Part shown: positions 21,680 to 31,704 of the stretch, one piece after another
Layout of the letters: each line of letters opens with the position of its first letter
Position numbering within the stretch: position 1 is the stretch's first letter
NCBI GenBank assembly: GCA_965262725.1
Contig: OZ253555.1
Span: forward strand, 640,001 to 704,000
Reading direction: 5' to 3'
Source of the DNA: Dehalococcoidia bacterium
Lineage (GTDB): Bacteria; Chloroflexota; Dehalococcoidia; UBA2979
Length of the DNA stretch: 64,000 nucleotides
The notes under the pieces: model-generated
Database searches by the model: none
What the model was told of the DNA's origin: nothing
The model's input: only the letters and a program-made list of their open reading frames with translations
Program-made: the position numbers and the translations under genes

Positions 21680-21745
21680 TGAGCAGATCCTGAGCGACGT
21701 GTGAGCGAATCCTGAGCACCCCTGATCGCAGAATGGCCCTGCATC
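21680..21745 (+). promoter_or_regulatory. Phased direct-repeat array (core TGAGC)
   Basis: TGAGC at 21680, 21691, 21702 and 21713; downstream sequence homologous to 22666-22800. Confidence 0.6.
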
Positions 21746-21965
21746 GCCGCACGGCGCCACCCGAGCGAGCGTGCGGAGACGCGGAAGGGGCTCGCCGTGC
21801 GGTGCGCACTCCTCGCCGTCTTCACAGCGCTCGCTTGCCGGCGCCGCCGCCGGGGCCGGGTAGCCAGAGCACTCACCCGCATGTCCAGACTCGCAAGTCC
21901 TCCTGCCACCCCCCTCGCGGAGGTGCGCCCGGCGCACGACGCACTGGAGGACGGGGCAAACGCCG

Positions 21966-22420
21966 GTGCCTGAAGGGGCCGTCTTGCTGACGGTGCACGA
22001 GGCGGCTGCGCCGCTGCGGATCTCCCGCAACCTCGCCTACGAAGTCGTGGCGAGGGGCGAGCTCCCGGCGATTCGCCTCGGCCGCGTCATCCGCGTCCCG
22101 CGCGCGGCGCTTGAGTACGACCGCGGAACGATGCATGCCACGGACTACCGGGCGAAGCTCGCTGGCTACCACCGGTACTACGACTCCCGCCAGTTCGAGG
22201 ATGACTTCGGCGAGCCGCCCGTCTTGCTGGTGGTGGCTCAGGGCGACCGGGCCGAGGAGCACGTTGCGCGGGCGGCTCGCCTCGCTGCCCGCGTGTGCGG
22301 GTCCAGGCTTCCGTTGATCTTGACCGCCGAGTGGCGGTTCGCACGCGATCCGTCCAACGCCCGTGGACTGCCCGGGCCATCTGGCGGACGGTCGATGGAC
22401 CGGAGCCCCGCCGGCCATGG
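21966..22420 (+). pseudogene. Chimera of an HTH_17 excisionase and a replication-relaxation family C-terminal fragment
   Basis: LLTVHEAAAPLRISRNLAYEVVARGELPAIRLGR joined in frame to LEYDRGTM...YRAKLAGY. Confidence 0.6.
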
Positions 22421-22486
22421 CCGGACAGGACGCGCGCTGTGGAGCGCCGCGGTGGGAGCGGGACTCCGACTGAAGGAGGTGAACGA

Positions 22487-22580
22487 TGAGCGACGATCAG
22501 CCGTTGGCGGCGACCGAGGCTGCAAGAGTTGCTGCGCATCTCGCGCAACCTTGCCTCCGAGTTGGTAGCGCGAGGGGCCG
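22487..22580 (+). pseudogene. Degenerate excisionase copy
   Basis: AAGGAGG RBS; frameshifted ...LRISRNLASELVARG. Confidence 0.55.
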
Positions 22581-22582
22581 TC

Positions 22583-22681
22583 GGGAAAGTTAGGAAGGAT
22601 TCCGGAACGATTCTGGAACGTCTAGAACTCTTGTAGAACGCAGCCGGAACTTCCTGTGAACGCTCGATCGCAGGCTAGCCT
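22583..22681 (+). promoter_or_regulatory. Phased direct-repeat array (core GAAC) with TAGCCT -10 box
   Basis: GAA(C) at 22585, 22594, 22605, 22616, 22625, 22636, 22647 and 22658; TAGCCT at 22676. Confidence 0.7.
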
Positions 22682-22884
22682 TGCATCGTCGCACCACGCC
22701 CATCGAGGCGAGCGCGCATGGATGCGGAAGGGGCTTGGCCGTGCGGGATCCGTTGCTCGCCGTCGCCGCTGCGCTCGTCTTGCCGGCTGCTGCCTGCCGC
22801 GCCCGCCCGCGCCAGGCGGCCGATCCACTCGCGGCTCTCGCCCGCCCGCCTCCGGCGTGCGCGCACGCGGCACGGGGTTGCACC

Positions 22885-23110
22885 CGCTCCTCCTCGAGTA
22901 CGGCCGCGGAACCCTCGACTCGGGCGACTACCGCGCGAAGTTCGAGGGGTACCGCCGGTACGACGCCGCACGGAAGTGGGAAGACCACCTCCCGCGTCCG
23001 CCTACGTTGCGGCGAGCAACGCGCGGGGCACGGCGTCCGGCGAGCTGCACACGGGTGGGCCGGGCACGCCGGGGCGCTCACGACCACGGTATCGCGGATC
23101 GACCCCGGGG
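22885..23110 (+). pseudogene. Second replication-relaxation family C-terminal fragment
   Basis: LLEYGRGTLDSGDYRAKFEGYRRY, paralogous to 22110-22200. Confidence 0.5.
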
Positions 23111-23298
23111 ACGGCACACGCGTGGCCCGGCGGTGCCGTCTGGCGGCCGATTCACGGCCGCCGCCGGTCAGGCGAGGGGAGGATGGCCTGGATGATCACA
23201 CGAGGATTGCTGAAGCCGGGCCGGCTCCGGCCGCGGTCCAGCGACACGCAACTGCGTGGTCTGGCGCAGCGCGCGAGGCCGCCCACGAGGGGTGACCA

Positions 23299-23523
23299 GT
23301 GAATGACGACCCACTGCTGCTGACGGTCCCCGAGACCGCGAGGCTGCTTCGAATCTCGCGCAACCTCGCCTATGAACTGGTGGCGCGGGGGGAGCTGCCT
23401 TCCGTCCGGTTCGGCAGGGTGATTCGAATACCCCGGAGGGTGCTCACCGACTGGGTCCGGGAGTCGGTCGGCCGGCGCGACACGGGTGCGCGCGCGGAGA
23501 ACGAAACATCGGAGAGCCGCTGA
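23299..23523 (+). CDS. Excisionase / HTH_17 DNA-binding protein
   Basis: LLTVPETARLLRISRNLAYELVARGELPSVRFGRVIRIPR; adjacent to the integrase. Confidence 0.9.
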   Translation: MNDDPLLLTVPETARLLRISRNLAYELVARGELPSVRFGRVIRIPRRVLTDWVRESVGRRDTGARAENETSESR

Positions 23524-23616
23524 CAGAACGCCTGTTCTGCTAGAATGAATTCGGCTGTGCGCTTCACGCCGTCGGCACGGCGCGGGCATCGTGGAGCGCG
23601 GCAGAGGAGGCAGCCC

Positions 23617-24774
23617 ATGGGCAAGCGTGACTACGGTAGCGGTGCCCTCAGGAAGCGCGGGAAGGGCTGGCAGGCCACGCTCTGGCTCCCGCGTGATCCG
23701 GTCACCGGCAGGCGCACGCGCAAGACGTTCACGGCTGCGACGAGGAAGGAGGCTGTGGGGCTGCGCAGCGCATTCCAGCGTCGGCTCGAGCACGGCCTGG
23801 ACGTGGTGGGAGCAGAGTCACCACTCGGCGACTACTTCGAGCGCTGGTTGCGCGAGCACGCGGCCCGATCCGTTTCGGCACGGACACTGTCCGTCTACCG
23901 GCAGACCGGTCGTGTGTTCGTGGCTCCGATTGCCTCGGTGCGCTTGTCGGACGTCCGCCCGCCGCACATCGAGAGAGCGCTCGATGCGTACCTGCGGTCC
24001 GGTGCGGGCAACCGCACCGCCGCCAAGCACCTGACCGTCCTGAAGTCGGCGCTCGCCCGGGCGGTGAGGCTGGAGTTGATCTCGCGCAACCCGGCGGACG
24101 CGGTGACGAAGCCGCGCGCAACCCGCCGCGAGATGCGCGTGGCCGACATGGAGACACTTGCCGCCATCCTGGGCGCCTGCGCGGATCCCGATTTCAGGCG
24201 CCTGATCAATCTTGCCGTCCACACGGGCCTCCGGGCCGGGGAACTGCTCGGCCTGAGGTGGGCCGATGTCTCCTGGGAGCACTCGCTGCTGCAGGTGAAG
24301 CGCTCCCGCAACCTGTTCGCCGAATCCGGGTTTGCCGAGCCGAAGACGGCCGCGGGTCGCAGGGCGATCGCGCTCTCTGAGCGGGAGATAGCGCTTCTTC
24401 GCGAACATCGCTCTGCCCAGGCTGAGAGACGCCTCTCGCTCGGGCCGGCATGGCCGGGCACTGACCTCGTGTTTCCCCGCGCGGATGGGAAGCCGGAGAA
24501 CGTCGAGCGTCTCGCCCGGCAGTGGCGCGAACTCTGTCGCCGTGCCGGCGTGTCGGGACTGCGATTCCACGATCTCCGCCACACGAGTGCGACGATCGCC
24601 CTCACCAGCGGCGTCCACCCGAAGGTGGTTCAGGAGCGTCTGGGGCACTCGACCATCAGCGTCACGCTGGACACGTATTCCCACGTCCTCCCGTCCATGC
24701 AGGAAGACGCGGCGCACCGGATCGAGGAGGCGATGTCCGTCCTCGACGGCCGGGATCGCGTTCGAACGAATTGA
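23617..24774 (+). CDS. Tyrosine recombinase/integrase (ICE/phage type), intact
   Basis: GAGGAGG RBS; TGLRAGE, PKT, FHDLRH, LGHS and DTYSHV catalytic motifs. Confidence 0.95.
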   Translation: MGKRDYGSGALRKRGKGWQATLWLPRDPVTGRRTRKTFTAATRKEAVGLRSAFQRRLEHGLDVVGAESPLGDYFERWLREHAARSVSARTLSVYRQTGRVFVAPIASVRLSDVRPPHIERALDAYLRSGAGNRTAAKHLTVLKSALARAVRLELISRNPADAVTKPRATRREMRVADMETLAAILGACADPDFRRLINLAVHTGLRAGELLGLRWADVSWEHSLLQVKRSRNLFAESGFAEPKTAAGRRAIALSEREIALLREHRSAQAERRLSLGPAWPGTDLVFPRADGKPENVERLARQWRELCRRAGVSGLRFHDLRHTSATIALTSGVHPKVVQERLGHSTISVTLDTYSHVLPSMQEDAAHRIEEAMSVLDGRDRVRTN

Positions 24775-25114
24775 CGACAATTGCTCATCTGGCCAGCGGA
24801 GAGGAACCATCGCGGGCGTGAGCGCCCGGCATGAATCGTGCTGGTTGGCGCCACGCCCCGACCGATCGGTGGATTCGGGCTAGTCTGGCTTTGGCGGGTA
24901 CGCTGCGATCCGGGGTTCTCGGCATGCCTACGTGGCCGCTCGGTACCGGACTGTCACGCGGATATCCCTGAAGTGACGGAGGCAGTGTCGAGCGTTGCGG
25001 CCCTTCTCCATGTCTCGGCACGTCTTGGTACGCCGCCCACGCCCGCCGCAGCTGGGACGAAGACGACCTGCGCCGCACCTTCGAGGCACAGCCGGACTCG
25101 GACGACACACTGTT

Positions 25115-25691
25115 CCGCGGTGGAGATCAAACGCTGCGTCGGCGGCGGCCGCGAGACCTTGTCCCGCGCGTCATCGGCCGCTCGGTCAAGCCGCGAGCTG
25201 TGGGCACCAGCCCTGCGCTGGACGGGATCGTCGCCCGGTTCTCCGAGGGGCCGGTCCGGGAGACGGCCCGACACCTCATTGATCGCGCCCGCGCCGCTGG
25301 GGCGACGTTCGAGCCCGGATCGGGCGGCTTCAGTATCCGCGGCACCTGCGAGCTCTGGCCTCAGCCCGTCACCGTGGCCTGGCTCTACCCCTCCGCGACC
25401 GGCTGGGCGCGCACGGCTCACTTCTCGTTCGGTGCGGGCATCCTCGGCGGCTACGATCCGCTGGCGCCGGAGGCGCCGAGCGCCCTGCTCCGTCGCTACG
25501 CTGGTCAATTGGAGGCCGATCCGTATGCGCACGACGTGTCGAGCACGGGCGTCGTTGCCTGGTGTGTCGAACCAGACGACGCGGCGAAGGACATCGGCGT
25601 GCTCGCGGAGCGTGTCGAACGGGTGCTCGCCGACCTCAAGGCTCTGAAGCCGCAGAGCGGCGCGGGGAACCCGGTGGGGCACGACGCGTAG
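25115..25691 (+). pseudogene. C-terminal fragment of an endonuclease-associated hypothetical protein
   Basis: AVEIKR...ETL/VPRVIGRS split by frameshifts, followed by an open globular region. Confidence 0.4.
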
Positions 25692-25979
25692 GCTCGTGAT
25701 CGCGCAGCCCTTCGACTTCGAACGGCGCCGAGAACGACGCGTCGGAGGACGAGGCCAACGCGAGTGGCTCTACTGAGCCATGTACGCGCGGACTCCATCC
25801 AACGCGCAGCACCTCCTCACCCTGCAAGAGTTCAAGGCTGCCACTGCTGATCTGCCGGACGACCACGACCATCTTCCGGTGCTTGTCGAGGCCGAGATCC
25901 GGCTCCTACAGCCCCTCCTCGCCGGCCTCCAGGATGCGCTCGACCGTAAGAACGGAACGGCGCACGTCGGTGCCGAGCC

Positions 25980-27176
25980 TCAGGACGTTCGTGCAGCTCG
26001 ACTGGCAGGATCTTGAGGACGTCGGGCGGCCGCAACTCGCCCAGCTCGCGGCCTGCTAGCAGCATCATCCCGACTAGGATTGGAGCCACCGAGATCTTTC
26101 CGCACCTCGGTCGATGGACCTGGGGCTGCTGAGCGTCCTTCACCAGAGGAGGGCGCCCACCCGTACTCGATCAAGCGCTTCCGCGCCTTCTGGATATGCG
26201 CAACTCTGAAGAGGCGTCGCTTCCGAGCATTCCACCCGCGGAAGCGACGCACGAACTCGTCGGCCTCGAAGGGGTCAACGCCCTCATGAGCGATCAACCA
26301 GTGCGCCGTGGCTAGCAGCTCAAGACCGTAGGGCGACTCGTAGCCTTCGATCAGCACGGCGACGCGGTCGATCCGACTCGCTAGATCGGGATGGACCCCG
26401 ATGACTTCTTGCGCCTTCGGGAGGGCGCCTTCAGCGAGTGTGATCGCCGGGGGGCTGGTGCGATCGCCGTAGCCGCGCGTGAACTGGCCCTCCATAGCCC
26501 GCAGCACATCGTTGACGGTCTCCGTGTAAGGACCGTAGACGTGCACGCCAAATCGCAGCTTCAGTCGCTGACCAGCCTCCTGCAGGAAGTAGGCGAGCTT
26601 CTGAATCTCGATCGTAGACGCCTCGTAGCCCGGCTCGAGGTACTTGGCGAGCAGACCAACGATTGCGGCACGTCTCAGGGTCAAGCCTGGCTCCTTGTTG
26701 GCAACCGGAATCGCCGCACCCGCTGGCGCTCCAGCAGGCTCGTACACCTCAACCCTCACATCCGGCAACGCCGCGAAAGCCGCCTCAATTCGCGGACGCA
26801 CGTCCGCCCAGTCAAGACCACCGTTGCCGCAACCCAACGGCGGCACGGCAATCGAGCCGATCTGGAGGTCGCGGACTTGGCGCACAAGATCGTCAAGCCC
26901 TGATTCGATGTCTTTCAGTTTCGACCTCGCTCGCCAGTGTCGCTTCGTTGGGAAGTTGATGATGTACCGGGGGTCACCCAGCATCGAGACGACAAGAACC
27001 CGCCCGATACTGACGTCACCGCGCCGGCAGGCACGCTCGTAGATGCGGTAGTTCTCAGGGAAAGCCTGCTTGAACTGGAGAGCGATCCCCTTGCCCATCA
27101 CACCTACGGTGTTGACCGTGTTGACGATGGCTTCGGTCTTCGCGTTCAGGAGATTGCCGTGCTGCAAGTGAATCAT
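25980..27176 (-). CDS. darG: DarG macrodomain antitoxin
   Basis: AIVNTVNTVGVMGKGIALQFK, NFPTKRHW, PPLGCGNGGL, IQKLAYF and ESPYGLELLAT motifs. Confidence 0.93.
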   Translation of the reverse strand: MIHLQHGNLLNAKTEAIVNTVNTVGVMGKGIALQFKQAFPENYRIYERACRRGDVSIGRVLVVSMLGDPRYIINFPTKRHWRARSKLKDIESGLDDLVRQVRDLQIGSIAVPPLGCGNGGLDWADVRPRIEAAFAALPDVRVEVYEPAGAPAGAAIPVANKEPGLTLRRAAIVGLLAKYLEPGYEASTIEIQKLAYFLQEAGQRLKLRFGVHVYGPYTETVNDVLRAMEGQFTRGYGDRTSPPAITLAEGALPKAQEVIGVHPDLASRIDRVAVLIEGYESPYGLELLATAHWLIAHEGVDPFEADEFVRRFRGWNARKRRLFRVAHIQKARKRLIEYGWAPSSGEGRSAAPGPSTEVRKDLGGSNPSRDDAASRPRAGRVAAARRPQDPASRAARTS

Positions 27177-27860
27177 CAGTAGTACCAGTGAGGGCACGCC
27201 GCAACGGGGATGGACTTCGTGCCGTTCCGAGCGCCGGGGAGAAGGTCCCGTACCTTCTGCTGCATCGCCACGTCGACGACTCCTATGCCGATGACACTAC
27301 TCCACGGTGCGTATCCGTGCACGAGGAACTCGGCCTGACGCCGGCGAGGCCGGTCGGGATCGCTCGGAATCGAGTTCCAGTACGTCACAGGGGTGCTCGA
27401 CGACTTGAGGGTCGTCGGTTGGCCGTCCCACATCAGATTCCAGTCAACCTTGTTCAGATCCCCCAGCTCTTCATAGAACTCAGTGATCGCCATGTCCGCG
27501 TGGCCGTCGGTGAATGCAGTCGGGCGCTCGCCATTCAGGCCCTGCGCCGTACAGACCAGATGAACGACCGTGCGTTGCCGCGCGTCTGCGACTCTTCCTT
27601 GGCTAATCGGGAAGAGCATCGGGGGCCGCGGCGCGAAGAAGAACCGGGCATAGTCGGTGAGTACGCCACCAGATCCAGTCGGGATCGGCCGGCGGCGAGC
27701 CCTTTCAACGATGTGCCGGTAGGCAATATTGGTGAACTCCTCGGGTGTCTGCTTGCGGCACAGGATGCGTCCGTCCTCGACAATCGAAGGCAGGTTTGCC
27801 ACGTCGGTGAGATGAAAGACCCACGTAGGGTGAGGAATCCGCCCGGGCAGTTCGCGTACT
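27176..27860 (-). CDS. darT: DarT DNA ADP-ribosyltransferase toxin (DUF4433); start uncertain
   Basis: FHLT.VANLPSI, FAPRPPML, FTDGHA and RQAEFLV (catalytic Glu); TGATG coupling to darG. Confidence 0.9.
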
Positions 27861-27962
27861 CCACTAAGGCAAGCTTCGCCGAGCGCTTCCCAAGTCCAGC
27901 TGTCCTCGGCAACTCGCCACCACGATGGTAGCGCACTTGGCGCGCGGCACGATCGCGCCGAT

Positions 27963-28188
27963 TCGCTGTCTCGCCGCCTTCCTTGCCGCTCGTCTACCTC
28001 CTCTGCCGTTGCTCGTCCACGAGTTGCCCTGTCTGCTCGATTCGACGCCTGTAGCGGAGGGCGCTGCTCGTTGCCTCTGGTGAGGGTGATCCGTTCCGGT
28101 GTTTCGGATGAGCGATCCATGCCGGATTCTCTGCTCCCTGGAGTCAGCGGTACCGACGGAACGCACTGCTGACGAAGGGCAGGCTACG
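27963..28188 (-). ncRNA. Diverged 5' half of the putative leader RNA (copy B) with TAGCCT -10 box
   Basis: Alignable to 12618-12842 and 43640-43865, with many substitutions falling in loops. Confidence 0.5.
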
Positions 28189-28199
28189 AAGGGTCCGTC

Positions 28200-28889
28200 C
28201 TATCCCCACGCCTTGCTACGGGCCCATTCGTCGACAGCTGCCTTCGACGCCTGCAGTCGTGCCGTGTCGCCTCCGAACATCCCGGCTGCCAGCGGCAACC
28301 AAGCGTGGCCGTCACGTTTCACTTCAACAGCGACGACAACCGGGAGCCATTCGGACGACCAGGGCCCGCGACGCCATGCGAAGCGGCCCCCCGAGAAGCG
28401 CGCCGACTCTCCAGAGGTCAACCACCAATCGGCCTCCGCGAGAGACAGCACGTACTCGAACCTGTCGAACAGGTCCGTGTATTCCTCGTCCGAGGGGATG
28501 ATCTCGCTGAAGGACTCGCGGAGCGCTCCGTGCAGTTCATCGCTCAGGGGAGTGCGCCCGCCCTTCCCGGCTCCCCGCAACTCCTGAGCGACGCGGTCGT
28601 CGACCACGCTGCGGGGCGAGAGTGCCTGAAGGATGGGGCCGCGTTCGTTGTCGGTGCGCACTTCGAGGGAGAGAGAGGTGCTGAGCCCGGAGTAGTTCTC
28701 GCGAGCGACCATCGCGATTCCGGCCGCATATAGCGCCAGGAGTGCCGGATAGCGCACCAGTTCGAGGAACACGGTTTGCCCCGAGCGACCGTGAGGTGCC
28801 TCGGCCAGGCGGCGCAGCAAGACAGTGAGCTCTCGCCCGTGCGCTTCTTCCTCGCCCCAGTACGCAGCGCCAGCGACGAGATGCATCAC
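28200..28889 (-). CDS. Hypothetical protein, probably the C-terminal part of a larger (SIR2/caspase-fused type) protein
   Basis: YPALLALYAAGIA, TPLSDELH and FDRFEY segments; family is inference. Confidence 0.55.
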   Translation of the reverse strand: MMHLVAGAAYWGEEEAHGRELTVLLRRLAEAPHGRSGQTVFLELVRYPALLALYAAGIAMVARENYSGLSTSLSLEVRTDNERGPILQALSPRSVVDDRVAQELRGAGKGGRTPLSDELHGALRESFSEIIPSDEEYTDLFDRFEYVLSLAEADWWLTSGESARFSGGRFAWRRGPWSSEWLPVVVAVEVKRDGHAWLPLAAGMFGGDTARLQASKAAVDEWARSKAWG

Positions 28890-28938
28890 ACGGTCCGCCA
28901 GACCCGCATAGCGGCGCGCACGGTCGGGAAGTCGACTC

Positions 28939-29280
28939 CTACCGCTGCGGGCGCTGCCGCCTGGCGCGCTTCGGAGTCGGGCACGGCGCCGCAGGGGAGA
29001 CGTCGACCGCGGCCGAGTCCTCGTTGAGCGTGCGGCGCCGAACGATGAGGCCGCTGCTGGTCACGAGGACGCCTAGGTCGCCGCCCGCGTCGCGGATCGC
29101 CTTCATTGCCGCTTCGCGCGTGATGGCGATCGCGACGTAGGAGCCCGGCCGCAAATCCCACGCGAGCCACACGTGCATCTTCCGACGATTCTGGATCGCC
29201 CGAATCGCGGCCCTCACCAACTCGCGGGAGGTCGGCTGCGGGGCCGCGTCGTCAACCACGCTCCGATCCGGCGTCGTCAC
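28939..29280 (-). CDS. Hypothetical protein
   Basis: 113-aa ORF with AGGA upstream; lies downstream of the promoter at 29423. Confidence 0.45.
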   Translation of the reverse strand: MTTPDRSVVDDAAPQPTSRELVRAAIRAIQNRRKMHVWLAWDLRPGSYVAIAITREAAMKAIRDAGGDLGVLVTSSGLIVRRRTLNEDSAAVDVSPAAPCPTPKRARRQRPQR

Positions 29281-29407
29281 CCTGTCCTATTCCCGCACAG
29301 GAGAGCGCCGCAGCGCGCCGAGAGACTGTGCACACGATCGGGGCTCTGCGCGTGGCGGCCTAGGACGGGCGCGGCTGCGGGCGGCGTGACTCGCCGCCGC
29401 TCACGGA

Positions 29408-29613
29408 GTGCTGACGGGGGACAGGCTACGAGCGGACATTCGCATGGCGTTCCCACTGTTCTCACAGGATCCCCACCGTTTCCCATTCGCCGCGAATCCC
29501 CCCGCCCGGACCCAGGGGGCAACTCGACGCGAACTGCGAGCAGCGCCCCAGTAGCGTACTTCGGCCGATTCCGTGGGACTCTCGTGGAACGCTCAGGGAA
29601 CAAATCGGGGATC
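29408..29613. promoter_or_regulatory. Divergent phased repeat arrays (core GGGAA/GGAAC) with TAGCCT -10 box and the first bases of the leader RNA
   Basis: TGCTGACGGGGGACAGGCTACG identical to 12820-12842; TTCCCA-like words at 11/9/11/10 spacing; four opposite-facing words at 29575, 29586, 29597 and 29608. Confidence 0.55.
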
Positions 29614-29872
29614 GATGATCCACGCGACCGGACAGGCGGCCTGCACCCGTTTACACGGCGCTCTGCCGAGACGCTCTCCCACGGCTTGCCCAGCGCTCCG
29701 TGGCCCCGAAGTCCAGTGCCCGGGCGGGCGTACCCGGGCGACCGCAGTCTGTCCGCCCTTGACTTTCACCGTGCGGTTCCGCTAATCAGAGGTGCCCCTG
29801 TGGGGGCTAATCCTCCCCGCCGTCCGCCGCTTCTTGTGGCGAACTGGCGGGGTTATTCTTTGGACGCCTCCC

Positions 29873-30268
29873 ATGGCCGACCGAGTCGTCGTGTACGTCG
29901 ATGCGCAGAACGTCCTCCACCAGGCGCGTCGCTGCTTCCACGCGGAATCCGGACACCACACCGACGGCCAGATCGACCCGTTCGCGCTCGGAGAGTTGAT
30001 CTGCAGCCGCGCCCCGCCGGGTTACACGCGGACCCTGAGCGAGGTGCGCATGTACACCGGGCGCCCGGACTCGAGCAGGGAGCCGCGGACATACGGCGCT
30101 CACAGGCGTCAGTGCCAGGCGTGGGAGCGCGCCGGGGGCGTCGTGATCCCGCAAGCGGTGCGCTACCCGATGGACTGGCCCGCGAGCAGGGCCGAGCAGA
30201 AGGGCGTGGACGTCCAACTTGCGATCGACTTCATCGCCGGAGCCCTCGACGATCGCTACGAGGTCGAC
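29873..30268 (+). pseudogene. NYN (PIN-like) domain protein, 3'-truncated
   Basis: VYVDAQNV and EQKGVDVQLAID; cut before the SxDxD motif by a duplicated segment. Confidence 0.8.
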
Positions 30269-30657
30269 ATCCCCGAGGGCGACCTGGCGGCGGAAGGCGG
30301 CGGGGGTGGGCGGGCTCGCCGGGCCCCAGGCCCGGGAGCGGCTCCAGCGCCGTGCCGCTCCCCTCGGGCTGCCCGTCCAGGAGTCCGCGAGCGTCCCGTC
30401 GCCCGGTCGTGCGTGGCCCCGATGGCGGCGCGGCGTGCGGGATCCGGCCGCGGAGCCGGGCCCGCGGTGGCGCCCTCCGCGGAGACCCGATGAACGAGGC
30501 CGGCGAGACCTGGTGGGTCTACGAGGACGATATCGCCGCGCACGCGCGCGTCCACAAGGCGAGCTGCTGGCACTGCAACAACGGACGCGGCCACAGTCGC
30601 CTTCCCAGCAACCGCTGGCATGGCCCGTACGCGAGCGAAGCGGAGGCGCTCCGTCTC
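30269..30657 (+). repeat. 389-bp direct duplication of 37175-37563
   Basis: Near-identical sequence including the 5' end of the His/Cys-domain recombinase gene. Confidence 0.9.
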
Positions 30658-31149
30658 CGACAGGGAGACCTGATTCCCGTGTCGCTCTTCGCAGGGAGAT
30701 GACATGAACCACAGCAGGCACATCGTGGTGCCGAGCGCGACCCCGGCCGCCGGCCGCCGGAGCATCTCTACGTGCCCCCGAACAGGCTGCGGGCGATCGC
30801 GATTCAGGGGATCGATCCTGTCGTCGCGAACGTCACCGTCGATTCCGATCAGGCAGTACTCGCTCTGCGTCGCAGCGTCGTAGACCCAGACCCTGGTGAA
30901 GGCGATGTCGTTGTGGTTCGGGCCCGGCAGGAGACCGTGGTGAGTCTGGCTTGCCCCGCTCGCGGCGCCCGGGACGTCGTGTACGCGTCACCGCCGCCGT
31001 CCTCCGCATGGAGTGATGGACCACGCCTGAGCCACGACCGCACCCGCTTCCGACGGCCGCCCCGATCTGGCCGGGTCGCCGCCCGCCGCCAGAGGTGATC
31101 GCCGCCGTCCGCTCCGTGGGTGCTGCGGGAGCCACGCACGCCATCCATT

Positions 31150-31330
31150 GGTGATCACGTCCCGCGACGGCCGGACCCCATACGGCTCTTGACCCCAGCA
31201 CGCGACGGCGCCGCCGGCCCTGACGCCGCACGTGAGATCCACTCCGGCGCCGACGGACGTGCATGTCCCGCCGGGCGGCGTGGCCTGGCCGGGGTCATCG
31301 CCGCCCCAGCAGGCGCCGGTGCCGAGTCGC
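31150..31330 (-). pseudogene. RCC1-like repeat fragment
   Basis: ACWGGDDPGQATPPGG...TCGVRAGGAVACWG. Confidence 0.5.
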
Positions 31331-31704
31331 GCCGCCCATCTCGCGGGCGGTACTCCGCAGCCGGGCGGCACCCGACGCGGCCGCCCGCGCGCGCCCGGCT
31401 TCGCGCGCCCGCCGCCGCGGGCGGGCAGGTAGTGCAGTTCGTCGAGCGCCCGAACGCCTCCGCCTCGAGTGCCTCGCGCTTCCCCGGCTCCCGTGCCCGC
31501 CAGGCCGTGGAGTACTCCGGCCCTGCCGGCCGTTCCCTCCGGCTCGACGCGGCGTCCGTGCGGCCATGGCGCACGGTTCGGCGCTCTGATCCGCCGTCTC
31601 CGGCCGCCAGCGGGAGCCTCGGTCGCGCAGCGTACAGCGGCCTCCCCGCTGCTCACGGCGCCGGCCCTGCTACTCCCGGCACCTGGCCCCGGTGAACCGG
31701 CGGG

